DNA from: Bdellovibrionales bacterium RIFOXYD12_FULL_39_22
GTDB lineage: Bacteria; Bdellovibrionota; Bacteriovoracia; Bacteriovoracales; Bacteriovoracaceae
DNA length: 64,000 nucleotides
Assembly (NCBI GenBank): GCA_001770205.1
Contig: MEQL01000012.1
Location: forward strand, 62,001 to 126,000
Direction of reading: 5' to 3'
Below the pieces are notes generated by a model. The model saw nothing but the letters and a program-made list of their open reading frames with translations. It was not told where the DNA came from and did not search any database. A program made the position numbers and the translations under genes. Each line of letters starts with the position of its first letter. Positions within the stretch are counted from its first letter, which is position 1. This document shows, in pieces, positions 1 through 9,326 of this stretch.

Positions 1-799
1 GTGCTTTTTGTACCACCATCTTGCCGTTAAGTAGCACTTCTTGAAAGAAATAAAGGGTTATCTCATATAACTCTGCTTCAGTTGGGGCACGGCCATAAAA
101 CTCGCCAAATGCTGGGGCCAGAGATTCTGCGATACTGATGAAAGAAATTCCAAACGATCCATTGGCCACGTCGGCCTCTTTTTGCCCAACGTATGAGGAA
201 ACTAAATCAAGCCTGCGCATTTGCATTTGCGCCAATGTTTTTAACTCCGCCTTTATGACGCTTAAATCCGCATCATTGCCCGATTTTACGATCATGCCGG
301 ATGGTTTTAAAATGGATGCCTCGGTAGAAAGCAACTTGATAATCATAAGTTCAACGTTGTCGTTTCCACTTCCCACAATTCCAGCAACATGAGTTCCATG
401 CATAAATCCAGCATAACGCTCAACTCTTGCTAGAAACAGTTGATCTTCTAACATTTTTCGAACCCAGACCAAATCATCCGAAGTCATCGTTCCGTCATAA
501 CTTTTTGCTTGGATCTCAAAAAACCTGCTTACATCTGCGTTTAGCAGTTGGGCCAAATTCATATCGATCAATTGATTATTGTCGTCGCCAAAATTCCAGC
601 CGTAGACGTCATCAATGTAACCGTTTTTGTCATCGTCGATGGCATTATCGAAACGACTCTCACCTTTGTTTTCCCAAATTTTATATGTAATCGCTGGGTG
701 AAATATATCCGTTCCAGAATCCACGATTGCTACTGTCGACGCCCAAGCAACGCCGGCAAAAAGAGAAAGTAGGGCCACCAACAACAAACCTTTTTTCAT
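1..799 (-). CDS. S8 (subtilisin-like) serine peptidase, secreted; 3' end runs off the window
   Basis: Not in the ORF track. Hand translation from ATG at 799 (SD GGAG): MKKGLLLVALLSLFAGVAWA signal peptide, VAIVDSG (catalytic Asp), DDDKNGYIDDVYGWNF, HGTHVAGIV (catalytic His). Confidence 0.92.
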   Translation of the reverse strand, partial: MKKGLLLVALLSLFAGVAWASTVAIVDSGTDIFHPAITYKIWENKGESRFDNAIDDDKNGYIDDVYGWNFGDDNNQLIDMNLAQLLNADVSRFFEIQAKSYDGTMTSDDLVWVRKMLEDQLFLARVERYAGFMHGTHVAGIVGSGNDNVELMIIKLLSTEASILKPSGMIVKSGNDADLSVIKAELKTLAQMQMRRLDLVSSYVGQKEADVANGSFGISFISIAESLAPAFGEFYGRAPTEAELYEITLYFFQEVLLNGKMVVQKA

Positions 800-952
800 A
801 GTCACTCCATTTTTCAAATGCGCTCATTAATTCTTGTCCAAATCGTTTTGGCCAAGGGGGTGTCATATTTATAATTTTTGTAGAGAGTGTCAAAAAAAAG
901 AATCTTTCATTTTCTTACACATTTTTCTGTCTTGAAAAAATGAAAGGTCTAA

Positions 953-2089
953 CTAGGCCGCCCGTCGGCATTTTTTAATTAAATCGTAGGCGTTTTTAAT
1001 CTTAACAAACTCTTCGTGTGCCGCCCGCACGGCCTCCTCCGAGGAGGCTCTATTGCTGACACGATCTGGATGTTTCAATAATACCAGTCTCTTAAAACGC
1101 TTTTTGACCGTTTTTTCTGAATCTCCCCAAGCACAGCCCATGATTGAAAGGGCCTCTTCTAACGCCTTGGGGGGGGCAGGGCAATTCTCTCTGTTTTCTT
1201 CTTTGCGCTTTTGTGAGGTGCGCTCCTTTTGTACCTTTGCAATATAATTTTTCCGAAAATGATCCATTTTGATGGCACTATCACACAAACGTTTACAGAT
1301 GAAATCGACATCACCGTAATGGCCATGGCCATCGGTACAGATGCTTATAATTGCCCCAAAGAGTTTTGTCTCTTTTAATTTTTTTGCAACCTCTTTAGGC
1401 GAGATTTTATTGCGCACAAATTCTTCCATTATCACTGCCTCCACCGCCCCATTTTTCAAGGCCAAAAGCAGCGCTAATGCCTCAAAGAGACGAGTAGAAG
1501 AGATATTTTTTCTCTGTACCAAAAAATCCAAAAGTCGCCCGCCTCCAACTTCCAATTCTAAAATGGCCGCCTGTAGAAACGAAGCGGCAACAATTAGTGA
1601 TAACATCTGTACATCTGTTAAAAAAATTTTGTGTTCACGGTCTACAAAAAAGAAATTATGCGCAAGTAGTTCCTTGGCCATTTTAACAATAATGGCCGAA
1701 GAGAATTTTTTTTTGGTAATCTTTTCCAAAGAAGCGCTAACTTCCTTGGCGTAGGATTCTTTGCCGGCAGCAATATTTTCAATGAACCGTTGCGCCTTGT
1801 TGCGTTCTTTTTCCTCTTTTTCGGATAGTTTTTCATCCAATAATGGTGGATAAATAAATAATTTCCTTCCATCCACCGCTCTTTTATCCTCTCGCATATC
1901 CGCCTTTGTCGTACTATTTCTACGATGTCCAAATTCAAATCTTTTGTGATTTAAAAGATTATTAAAAGAAGAAGAGAAATTTGGATTGCTGAGTCGAAAG
2001 TAACTTATTATAACCGGCAACTTATAAAGTAAGTAGATCATCAGCGATAAAGATGCCAGACGAATTAAAATTTCTAAATAATAGTGCAC
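953..2089 (-). CDS. Membrane-anchored J-domain co-chaperone (DjlA-like)
   Basis: N-terminal hydrophobic helix; C-terminal J domain VKKRFKRLVLLKHPDR...FVKIKNAYDLI with HPD motif. Confidence 0.8.
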   Translation of the reverse strand: MHYYLEILIRLASLSLMIYLLYKLPVIISYFRLSNPNFSSSFNNLLNHKRFEFGHRRNSTTKADMREDKRAVDGRKLFIYPPLLDEKLSEKEEKERNKAQRFIENIAAGKESYAKEVSASLEKITKKKFSSAIIVKMAKELLAHNFFFVDREHKIFLTDVQMLSLIVAASFLQAAILELEVGGGRLLDFLVQRKNISSTRLFEALALLLALKNGAVEAVIMEEFVRNKISPKEVAKKLKETKLFGAIISICTDGHGHYGDVDFICKRLCDSAIKMDHFRKNYIAKVQKERTSQKRKEENRENCPAPPKALEEALSIMGCAWGDSEKTVKKRFKRLVLLKHPDRVSNRASSEEAVRAAHEEFVKIKNAYDLIKKCRRAA

Positions 2090-2141
2090 AATGCTCCATT
2101 CCTTTGACAGCGACTAACTAGCAAATCGTCCCTCTTCTTTA

Positions 2142-2168
2142 TTATCGGAAAAGTTTTGGAGGCCATTA
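2142..2168 (-). promoter_or_regulatory. Putative sigma28 (FliA) promoter for the J-domain gene
   Basis: Minus strand TAAT-N15-TCCGATAA versus consensus TAAA-N15-GCCGATAA, about 50 bp upstream of the start. Confidence 0.5.
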
Positions 2169-2180
2169 TTTTTAAATAAT

Positions 2181-2217
2181 CTTCACCAAAAATGGCAGCT
2201 TTTGCCTTCACCAAAAA
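2181..2217. repeat. 12-bp direct repeat in a divergent promoter region
   Basis: CTTCACCAAAAA at 2181-2192 and 2206-2217. Confidence 0.6.
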
Positions 2218-2286
2218 CAATATACAACCTTGTCACTCTTCTATTGCTCTGCTACTTTATCTTTAAATTACTTATGGAGATTATTT

Positions 2287-3027
2287 TTGCCAGCTAATTT
2301 CAAATACATCTTTGGCCCTATCCAGTCCCGTCGTTTGGGAGTGTCGCTAGGAATTAACTATCTTCCACCCAAAAGCTGTAATTTTGACTGTCTATATTGC
2401 GAATGTGGGCCAACTGATAAACGTCTTAGTGTCGTTACCTCTTTTGTCGGCCACCAAGAAATCACTGCCGAACTAGACCAATTTCTATCTACTGCTCCAA
2501 CTCTTGACTATATCACCTTTTCTGGTTCTGGAGAGCCAACACTCTATCGAGACATAGATAAGATCATCCACTTTTTAAAGGCCAACTATCCCCAATATAA
2601 AGTTGCCCTCATTACTAATGGAACTCTCTTACAAGACAATGCTCTCTTGGCAAAAATTGCTGACTGCGATTTAATCATCCCCTCATTAGATGCCGCTAGC
2701 GAAAAAGTCTTTCTCAAAATTAATCGCCCGAACAATGGATTGCATTTATCCCATATAGTTCTGGGCCTAAAAAATTTAGAGGCCCAATTTAAAGGAAAAA
2801 TTTGGCTTGAACTTTTTTTTATGAAGGGAATCAATGATCATCCTCAGGAAATATTAGCATTTCGAAATATCCTAAAAACACTACATCCTGACAAAATCCA
2901 ACTTAACTCTATTGACCGCCACCCGGCCTATCAAGTAGGTGGAGAACTCTCTTATGCGGAGTTGGTGGCCATCAGTGAGCTTTTAGATTTGCCTAATATC
3001 GAAATAATTAACAAAAGGGAGAATTGA
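2287..3027 (+). CDS. Radical SAM protein (COG0731-like Fe-S oxidoreductase)
   Basis: YIFGPIQSRRLGVSLGIN, CNFDCLYC (CxxxCxxC), TFSGSGEPTL. Likely start is TTG 2287 behind SD GGAGA (ORF track starts at 2230). Confidence 0.85.
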   Translation: MPANFKYIFGPIQSRRLGVSLGINYLPPKSCNFDCLYCECGPTDKRLSVVTSFVGHQEITAELDQFLSTAPTLDYITFSGSGEPTLYRDIDKIIHFLKANYPQYKVALITNGTLLQDNALLAKIADCDLIIPSLDAASEKVFLKINRPNNGLHLSHIVLGLKNLEAQFKGKIWLELFFMKGINDHPQEILAFRNILKTLHPDKIQLNSIDRHPAYQVGGELSYAELVAISELLDLPNIEIINKREN

Positions 3028-3028
3028 G

Positions 3029-3409
3029 ATGGAAACTAAGATATCTGAACCAATTGCCATTTTAGGAATATCTGACGATAAAGATCGCTACAGTTATAAG
3101 GCATACGAGATGTTGCTACAAAATGGTTATAACAATTTGGTGGGCATTACTCCTAAAACGCTTACCTTACCAAAAATCAAACTTGTGGCCTCACTAGCGG
3201 AGATTACCACCCCTATTCATACGCTAACTCTTTATGTTTCATCCAAAATCTCGGAGCTACAGATTGCAGCAATTGTAAAACTGCATCCGAAGAGAATCAT
3301 CATGAATCCGGGAACTGAAAATCCTAATTTAGAACAAATTGCCACTCAAAATGAAATAGAGGTAATCCACGCTTGTACTTTAGTTCTGTTGCGAACCAGT
3401 CAGTTTTAA
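3029..3409 (+). CDS. CoA-binding domain protein (YccU-like)
   Basis: IAILGISDDKDRYSY, TLTLYV, IIMNPGTEN, ACTLVLL motifs. Confidence 0.85.
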   Translation: METKISEPIAILGISDDKDRYSYKAYEMLLQNGYNNLVGITPKTLTLPKIKLVASLAEITTPIHTLTLYVSSKISELQIAAIVKLHPKRIIMNPGTENPNLEQIATQNEIEVIHACTLVLLRTSQF

Positions 3410-3576
3410 ATACCAAACACCAACAACAACCAATCATTCTATTCCACTTCTTAAAATCTTAAAAATAAATCATTTTGCTCTATTGATAATTTTAATTGCT
3501 GCTTTAGAATTTACTCACGTAAACAACTAATCTGTCGATAGATGCATAAATTAAATTTTTACGGGAGTTAATTCTC

Positions 3577-5535
3577 ATGGAAGAAAAGAAAAAAACTATT
3601 CTCTATTTATGCAATTGCGGAAAAAATATTGCGGAATTTATCAACATGGATGAATTACAAACCTGGGCAAAATCCCAAGGTAATATTGATGCTGTAGAGA
3701 TCCATGATCTTCTCTGTGCACCAAACGGTAAATCCTTTTTTAAGGAGAAACTCAACGCTAGCAAAGCAGAAAACGTAATCATCGCCGCCTGCTCTCCTAA
3801 AATGCATGAGGCCACCTTTTCCAAACTAGCAGAAGAGGCTTCTGTCAATAGTGGACGAGTCTTGATGGCCAATATTCGGGAACAGTGCTCTTGGGTTACC
3901 AAAGATAAAGAGCACGCGACTAAAAAGGCCAAGCATCTAATCAGTGCGGCCTTGGCCAAAGCTCCTTTCTTAGAAAATATTGAACATCGCTCGCTAGAGT
4001 GTCTTACTGACCTTTTGATTATTGGGGGCGGCGTGGCCGGTATTGAAGCGGCCATCACTGCTTCGCGCGCCGGCCGCAAGGTTTACATTGTTGATAAAAA
4101 TATCTCTTTAGGTGGACACGTCATCACAACTGAAGAAGTTGCCCCACACATGGAATGCGCTCCTTGTATGTTGGCACCTCGACTGGCGATGATAAAAAAT
4201 GATCCCAATATTCAAGTAATAACTAACGCGGAAGTAAAGGCCGTGCGCGGCTTTAAAGGAAATTTTGAGGCCAAAATAAAAGTAAAAAAACGCTATATTG
4301 AAAATTCCTGTATTGGTTGCGAGGCCTGTTTTCCCGTATGTCCAGTAGAAAGAAAAAGTGAGTTCCATTTGGGAATGGGATCCACCAAGGCCGTCTACAC
4401 ATTATTTCCCGGCTCTGTTCCTGCGGCGGCAATTATTGACGACTCTCTCTGCAAACACTTTTCCGATAAAAGTTGCAATGATGCCTGCGTGAAAGAGTGT
4501 CCCTTTGGATCAATTAATTTTGAACAGACAGATAGTGAGCTGATAGTTAAGGTGGGTGCCGTTGTGGTGGCATCTGGTTTTGACAGTTTCAACCCCGCCA
4601 AACATCCTTCCACGGCCACCCATCTAAAATATGGGGAGTTAAACAACGTATATACCATAAATGAGTTTGAACGGTTGGCCGCCTCCAATGGCCCCAGCGG
4701 AGGAAGAGTCTTACTGAAAGACGGAACCTCTCCAAAAAATGTGGCGGTTATTCACTGTGTAGGCTCAAGGCGCGAAGATATTTTAAATTACTGCTCCGGA
4801 ACTTGCTGTGTCAGTGCTACCAAAGTTGGCCATATGCTACGCAAGCAAGACAAGGAGATCAAAGTAATTAATGTACACAACGATCTCTCTTTTGCTACGC
4901 CAGAAGAATATAGCTTTTATACCAAAGAGCGGACCGCCGGAACTGACTATCGACGCTCAACAGATCAAAGTGCTGTCAAATTGGCCAGCAATGGTAAGGC
5001 CATTAAGGTAAGCGCTCCGGGAATAACTTCTTTTGATGCAGATATGGTTATCTTGGCCACTGGCGCTATCCCGGCAAAAAGCACTCCTGAGCTTGCCTCT
5101 CTTTTGAATATTGAAACTGATAAATTTGGTTTTTTTAAATCGGCCAGTTCTTTGTTAGAAAAAACCCTCTCCACTATAGATGGAATTCATGTAGTCGGAA
5201 GCGCCCAACACCCGGCCAGTGTTGGAGACTCTATTGCGCTGGCCCACTCGGCCACGGCCGAAATTTTAAGCTCGCTAATGCCAGGAAGAAAAATTGAATT
5301 AGAAGTGGCCACTGCTACTATTGATAAAGAGAGATGTGCTGGATGTAAACTCTGCATCTCCGTCTGTCCATATAGCGCCGTCGTTTTTAATAGCGAGAAA
5401 AAAATATCAGAAGTCATCGAGGCCATTTGTCGAGGATGTGGTACCTGTACTGCCTCCTGCCCCAGCGGCGCGAGCAAAGCACGCATGTTTACCAATGAAC
5501 AAATTGCCGCAGAAATTGGAGGATTGTTTAAATGA
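3577..5535 (+). CDS. hdrA: Heterodisulfide reductase subunit A (FAD, Fe-S)
   Basis: CNCG, AACSP and NIREQCSW N-terminus; IGGGVAG FAD motif; inserted 2x[4Fe-4S] ferredoxin; EFERL; CVGSR...YCSGTCCVSATK; C-terminal 2x[4Fe-4S] ferredoxin. Confidence 0.93.
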   Translation: MEEKKKTILYLCNCGKNIAEFINMDELQTWAKSQGNIDAVEIHDLLCAPNGKSFFKEKLNASKAENVIIAACSPKMHEATFSKLAEEASVNSGRVLMANIREQCSWVTKDKEHATKKAKHLISAALAKAPFLENIEHRSLECLTDLLIIGGGVAGIEAAITASRAGRKVYIVDKNISLGGHVITTEEVAPHMECAPCMLAPRLAMIKNDPNIQVITNAEVKAVRGFKGNFEAKIKVKKRYIENSCIGCEACFPVCPVERKSEFHLGMGSTKAVYTLFPGSVPAAAIIDDSLCKHFSDKSCNDACVKECPFGSINFEQTDSELIVKVGAVVVASGFDSFNPAKHPSTATHLKYGELNNVYTINEFERLAASNGPSGGRVLLKDGTSPKNVAVIHCVGSRREDILNYCSGTCCVSATKVGHMLRKQDKEIKVINVHNDLSFATPEEYSFYTKERTAGTDYRRSTDQSAVKLASNGKAIKVSAPGITSFDADMVILATGAIPAKSTPELASLLNIETDKFGFFKSASSLLEKTLSTIDGIHVVGSAQHPASVGDSIALAHSATAEILSSLMPGRKIELEVATATIDKERCAGCKLCISVCPYSAVVFNSEKKISEVIEAICRGCGTCTASCPSGASKARMFTNEQIAAEIGGLFK

Positions 5536-5972
5536 CAACAGAATTTAATCCCAAAATTGTGGCCTTTGTTTGCAACTGGTGCTCCTATGCTGGAGCAGAT
5601 AAAGCAGGAGGCCAAAGACTAGATTATGCTCACAACGTGGAATTAATACGAGTTATGTGTAGTGGGCGTGTCACCCCTTCCTTTGTGATGGAGGCCTTTG
5701 AAAAAGGGGCCGATGGCGTGATGGTACTGGGTTGTCACCCGGGAGATTGTCACTATCGCACGGGAAATTATAAGGCCAAACGGCGCTTTACCCTTTTCCA
5801 AAAAATGCTCTCGCAATTTGGCGTTGATCCTCGGCGCTTTAAGCTGGATTGGGTGGCCGCTGGCGAAGGTGCTAAATTTCAAAAAGTCTCCAATGAAATT
5901 ACAGAAGAAGTAAAAAAGCTAGGCCCTCTAAAACTAACTGGTTTTGTAAAAGAACGAGGTAATGATCTATGA
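5532..5972 (+). CDS. mvhD: Methyl-viologen-reducing hydrogenase delta subunit ([2Fe-2S])
   Basis: FVCNWCSYAGAD, RVMCSGRV, GCHPGDCHY; overlaps the hdrA stop (ATGA). Confidence 0.93.
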   Translation: MTTEFNPKIVAFVCNWCSYAGADKAGGQRLDYAHNVELIRVMCSGRVTPSFVMEAFEKGADGVMVLGCHPGDCHYRTGNYKAKRRFTLFQKMLSQFGVDPRRFKLDWVAAGEGAKFQKVSNEITEEVKKLGPLKLTGFVKERGNDL

Positions 5973-6937
5973 GTAAACCAAAGGTAACTTTTTATTGGTG
6001 TGCCTCTTGTGGCGGCTGCGAAGAAACCGTAGTTGATCTAGCAGAGGGAGTTTTGGATGTTGTCGCGGCCGTAGACATTGTTTTATGGCCCGTAGCACTT
6101 GATTTCAAGTACAAAGATATAGAAGCTATGGCCGATAAATCGATTGCGGTCTCTTTTATCAATGGAGCAGTGCGAACTTCTGAGCAAGAACATATTTGCA
6201 AACTACTTCGCCAAAAATCTCAACTAGTGGTCTCTTTTGGCAGTTGTGCCGGAAGCGGAGGAATTCCCGCTTTGGCCAATCTAACCAACAAACAGGATAT
6301 TTTCACTACCGTTTACCTAGATAACCCTAGTCTTGATAATAAAGAGAAAAAGGTTCCCAAAGAACTTTCGCGAGAAGGAAAATATGATCTAACACTTCCC
6401 TCTTTCTACGACACCGTTTATAAGCTCGATGATATAATCGAGGTGGATTACTATCTTCCTGGTTGTCCGCCCACCCCAGAACTTATTGCGCAGGCGGTGG
6501 GGGCCATCTTAAAAAATCAGCTCCCCCCGAAGGGAACAATCCTTTCTCCCAATAAGGCATTATGTAGTAGCTGCAAGCTCAATGACTCAAAGCCAGAAGA
6601 TATAGCTATCAAAGAGATTAAACGAGTAATCGATATCAAGCTTGATCCTAGCAAATGCTATTTAGCACAGGGAGTAGTTTGTATGGGCCCGGCCACTCGT
6701 GATGGCTGTGGAGTAAGTTGCATTAACGGAAATATGCCTTGTACTGGCTGCTTTGGCCCGACCGATTCGGTAAAAGATCAGGGAGCAGAGATGATCTCAG
6801 CATTAGGGGGAATTATCGATGCTGATAGCAGCGAACAGTTAAACAAATGTTTTGCCAGACTGCCAGATCCCGCAGGAACATTTTATCGTTACGGCATGAG
6901 TGCTTCTCTTTTGGGAAGTAAAAATAAAAAGGAGTAG
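5969..6937 (+). CDS. mvhG: [NiFe]-hydrogenase small subunit
   Basis: CASCGGCE, FGSCA, PGCPP, CYLAQGVVCMGPATRDGC, PCTGCFGP. Confidence 0.92.
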   Translation: MSKPKVTFYWCASCGGCEETVVDLAEGVLDVVAAVDIVLWPVALDFKYKDIEAMADKSIAVSFINGAVRTSEQEHICKLLRQKSQLVVSFGSCAGSGGIPALANLTNKQDIFTTVYLDNPSLDNKEKKVPKELSREGKYDLTLPSFYDTVYKLDDIIEVDYYLPGCPPTPELIAQAVGAILKNQLPPKGTILSPNKALCSSCKLNDSKPEDIAIKEIKRVIDIKLDPSKCYLAQGVVCMGPATRDGCGVSCINGNMPCTGCFGPTDSVKDQGAEMISALGGIIDADSSEQLNKCFARLPDPAGTFYRYGMSASLLGSKNKKE

Positions 6938-6940
6938 AAT

Positions 6941-8434
6941 GTGGGAAAAGTAATTACCATTGATCCAATCACCCGCTTAGAGGGACATGGAAAAATTTCA
7001 ATCATGCTAGATGATGCCGGCGATGTTGAACGCGCCTTCATGCAAGTTCCTGAGTTGCGCGGTTTTGAACGCTTCTGTATCGGCCGGCCGGCAGAAGAGA
7101 TGCCCCAGATTACTTCTCGCATTTGTGGAGTATGTCCAACGGCCCACCACATGGCCGGAACGGTAACTTTGGACGCTCTTTTTAAAGTAGATCCTACTCC
7201 TGAAGCGCATGCTATTCGCGAATTGTTCTACAATCTTTTTATGTTTGAAGATCACACTATTCATTTCTATTTTTTAGGCGGCCCGGATTTTATTGTTGGC
7301 CCACAAGCACCTGGAGCACAAAGAAATATCCTGGGGGTAATTGATAAAGTGGGAGTGGAGATTGGTAAAAAAGTTATTATGATCCGCAAGCGCTGCCGTT
7401 CTCTAATGAGTCAAATTGGTGGAAAAACAATCCATCCAGTGCTGGGCCTACCAGGTGGAGTGGCAAAACCCTTATCCAAAGAAACTCATGCAGAGTTAAA
7501 ACTTTTTGCCCAAGATGCTATCGAGTTTGCTAAATTTACTCTGCAAGCATTTTCCGATATTGTGTTAAAAAATAAGGCCTATGTTGATCTAATTTTATCT
7601 GACGCCTACACTCATCACACCAACTATCTTGGAACCGTGGATAAAAATCAAAAAGTAAATTTTTACCAAGGAGTACAGCGCATCGTGGGGCCAACCGGAG
7701 AGATCATTGATGAATTCAGTGCGAAAGATTATACTCAGCATGTGGCCGAGCATGTAGAAGAGTGGAGCTATATAAAATTTCCTTTTGCTAAAAAAATTGG
7801 TTGGAAGGGATTTGTTGATGGCGCACAAAGTGGGGTTATGCGGGTGGGCCCACTGGCCCGACTAAATGTTTCCAAGGGAATGGCCACTCCCGCGGCGCAT
7901 GCTGAATATGAAAAAATGTATGCTACTTTAGCAGCAAAAAATCAAATTGCTCATCAAACTTTGGCAATTCACTACGCTCGCCTAGTAGAACTACTTTACG
8001 CTGCCGAGCGAGTTCATGAACTGGCGCAAAATGATGCTATCTGTTCTGATAATACGCGCAACATGAAGATGGGAATCCCTAGCGAAGGAGTCGGAATTGT
8101 AGAGGCACCACGCGGCACGCTCCTGCATCACTACAAAAGTGATAATCAGGGAATCCTTACTGGAGTAAACCTGATCGTGGCAACCGTCTTCAACTCACCT
8201 TCAATGTGCATGTCTATTGAAAAAGTGGCAAAAAATGTAATAAAAAAGGGACAGGTTAATGATGGATTGCTTAATATGGTGGAGATGGCATTCCGGGCCT
8301 ATGATCCTTGTCTTTCCTGTGCTACCCACTCGCTTCCTGGAAAAATGCCTTTGATCGTAGAGATGGTTGATAAAAACCATAAACCAATACAAACTATAAC
8401 CCGTGACTGCTCTGGCAATGAACACAAAGAGTAA
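6941..8434 (+). CDS. mvhA: Group 3c-type [NiFe]-hydrogenase large subunit
   Basis: ITRLEGH, L1 motif RICGVCPTAH, EAPRG, L2 motif RAYDPCLSCATH followed by a cleavable C-terminal extension. Confidence 0.93.
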   Translation: MGKVITIDPITRLEGHGKISIMLDDAGDVERAFMQVPELRGFERFCIGRPAEEMPQITSRICGVCPTAHHMAGTVTLDALFKVDPTPEAHAIRELFYNLFMFEDHTIHFYFLGGPDFIVGPQAPGAQRNILGVIDKVGVEIGKKVIMIRKRCRSLMSQIGGKTIHPVLGLPGGVAKPLSKETHAELKLFAQDAIEFAKFTLQAFSDIVLKNKAYVDLILSDAYTHHTNYLGTVDKNQKVNFYQGVQRIVGPTGEIIDEFSAKDYTQHVAEHVEEWSYIKFPFAKKIGWKGFVDGAQSGVMRVGPLARLNVSKGMATPAAHAEYEKMYATLAAKNQIAHQTLAIHYARLVELLYAAERVHELAQNDAICSDNTRNMKMGIPSEGVGIVEAPRGTLLHHYKSDNQGILTGVNLIVATVFNSPSMCMSIEKVAKNVIKKGQVNDGLLNMVEMAFRAYDPCLSCATHSLPGKMPLIVEMVDKNHKPIQTITRDCSGNEHKE

Positions 8435-8458
8435 TCACACAACGGATGAGGAAATATT

Positions 8459-8680
8459 ATGGCCGACAAAGTTTTAGATTATCGTGGACTCAAATGTCCC
8501 CAGCCAACTCTTAAAGTTACTATTATCTCGGGCACTATTCCCGCAGGACAGGTGGTAGAAGTTAAGGCCGATTGCCCCAGCTTCCCCAAAGATATTGCAA
8601 AATGGTGTGCGGACTCTGGCAGAGTACTAGTTAGCTGCGTAGAAAGTGGTGGAGTACATACTGCTACTATTCAGTTTTAG
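8459..8680 (+). CDS. tusA: TusA/SirA-family sulfur carrier
   Basis: LDYRGLKCPQP (CPxP motif), DIAKWC; 73 aa. Confidence 0.85.
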   Translation: MADKVLDYRGLKCPQPTLKVTIISGTIPAGQVVEVKADCPSFPKDIAKWCADSGRVLVSCVESGGVHTATIQF

Positions 8681-8717
8681 CTTTTGTTGCTACACAACTG
8701 AGAATAGCTTTTTTGTA

Positions 8718-9197
8718 TTAACAAATTTGATAGTTATATTCGTTCTGAATAATATCTAAGACCCGTTCTACTGCTTGCAAAGCAGCAGCTTCCACCTCTT
8801 TTGACATATTAAGACTAACCGTGGAATTATCACCAATTTCGACGGCCACTATTTTTATCACTTCCGGTATTTTCATCTCTAATTTTTTGGCCATTAAAAG
8901 TGCATCAAAAAAACCTACATCGTGAATCATCGAGCTGCGAGGGGTAAAATTAAAATCAGCAGGAGAAAACTCCACAATCTCCCCTATTGGGAACTGGCCA
9001 GTTTTAATGGAGTCAATAATAATAGCGTGGTCATAATCCAAAATACTATCTAAGAGCTTCAGTCCACCAATTTCTGCAACTTCCAAATTAATCTGGGGGG
9101 AAGTAATAACCTTTTGCAGGTAGTCTAAAATTTTAAGGCCCACAATATCATCGGATAAAATAGAATTTCCTAGTCCCAAAATAACAAGTCTTGGCAC
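8718..9197 (-). CDS. Hydrogenase maturation endopeptidase (HyaD/HycI family)
   Basis: ILGLGNSILSDDIVG, IIIDSI, SSMIHD. Confidence 0.9.
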   Translation of the reverse strand: MPRLVILGLGNSILSDDIVGLKILDYLQKVITSPQINLEVAEIGGLKLLDSILDYDHAIIIDSIKTGQFPIGEIVEFSPADFNFTPRSSMIHDVGFFDALLMAKKLEMKIPEVIKIVAVEIGDNSTVSLNMSKEVEAAALQAVERVLDIIQNEYNYQIC

Positions 9198-9326
9198 AAT
9201 AGCTCCTTTAAAATTGGTGCAAATAACCTAGTAAAAAAGAACACAAGGCAAAAAACACACAATCTCCCAAACTATTTCATAAACTCTGATAATACGCTAG
9301 AATTATTTAAATAAGGAGATAAATCC

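Noticed and set aside
138..893. Short ORF-track ORFs at 138, 427, 548 and 681
   Set aside because: They overlap the minus-strand S8 peptidase, which has clear catalytic motifs.
3483..3541. FNR-like box (TTGAT-AATT-TTAAT) and FliA-like TCAC-N15-GTCGATAG upstream of hdrA
   Set aside because: Second half-site and -35 are too degenerate for an AT-rich spacer.
5532..8434. Selenocysteine in MvhD/MvhA
   Set aside because: All ligand positions are Cys codons; no in-frame TGA.
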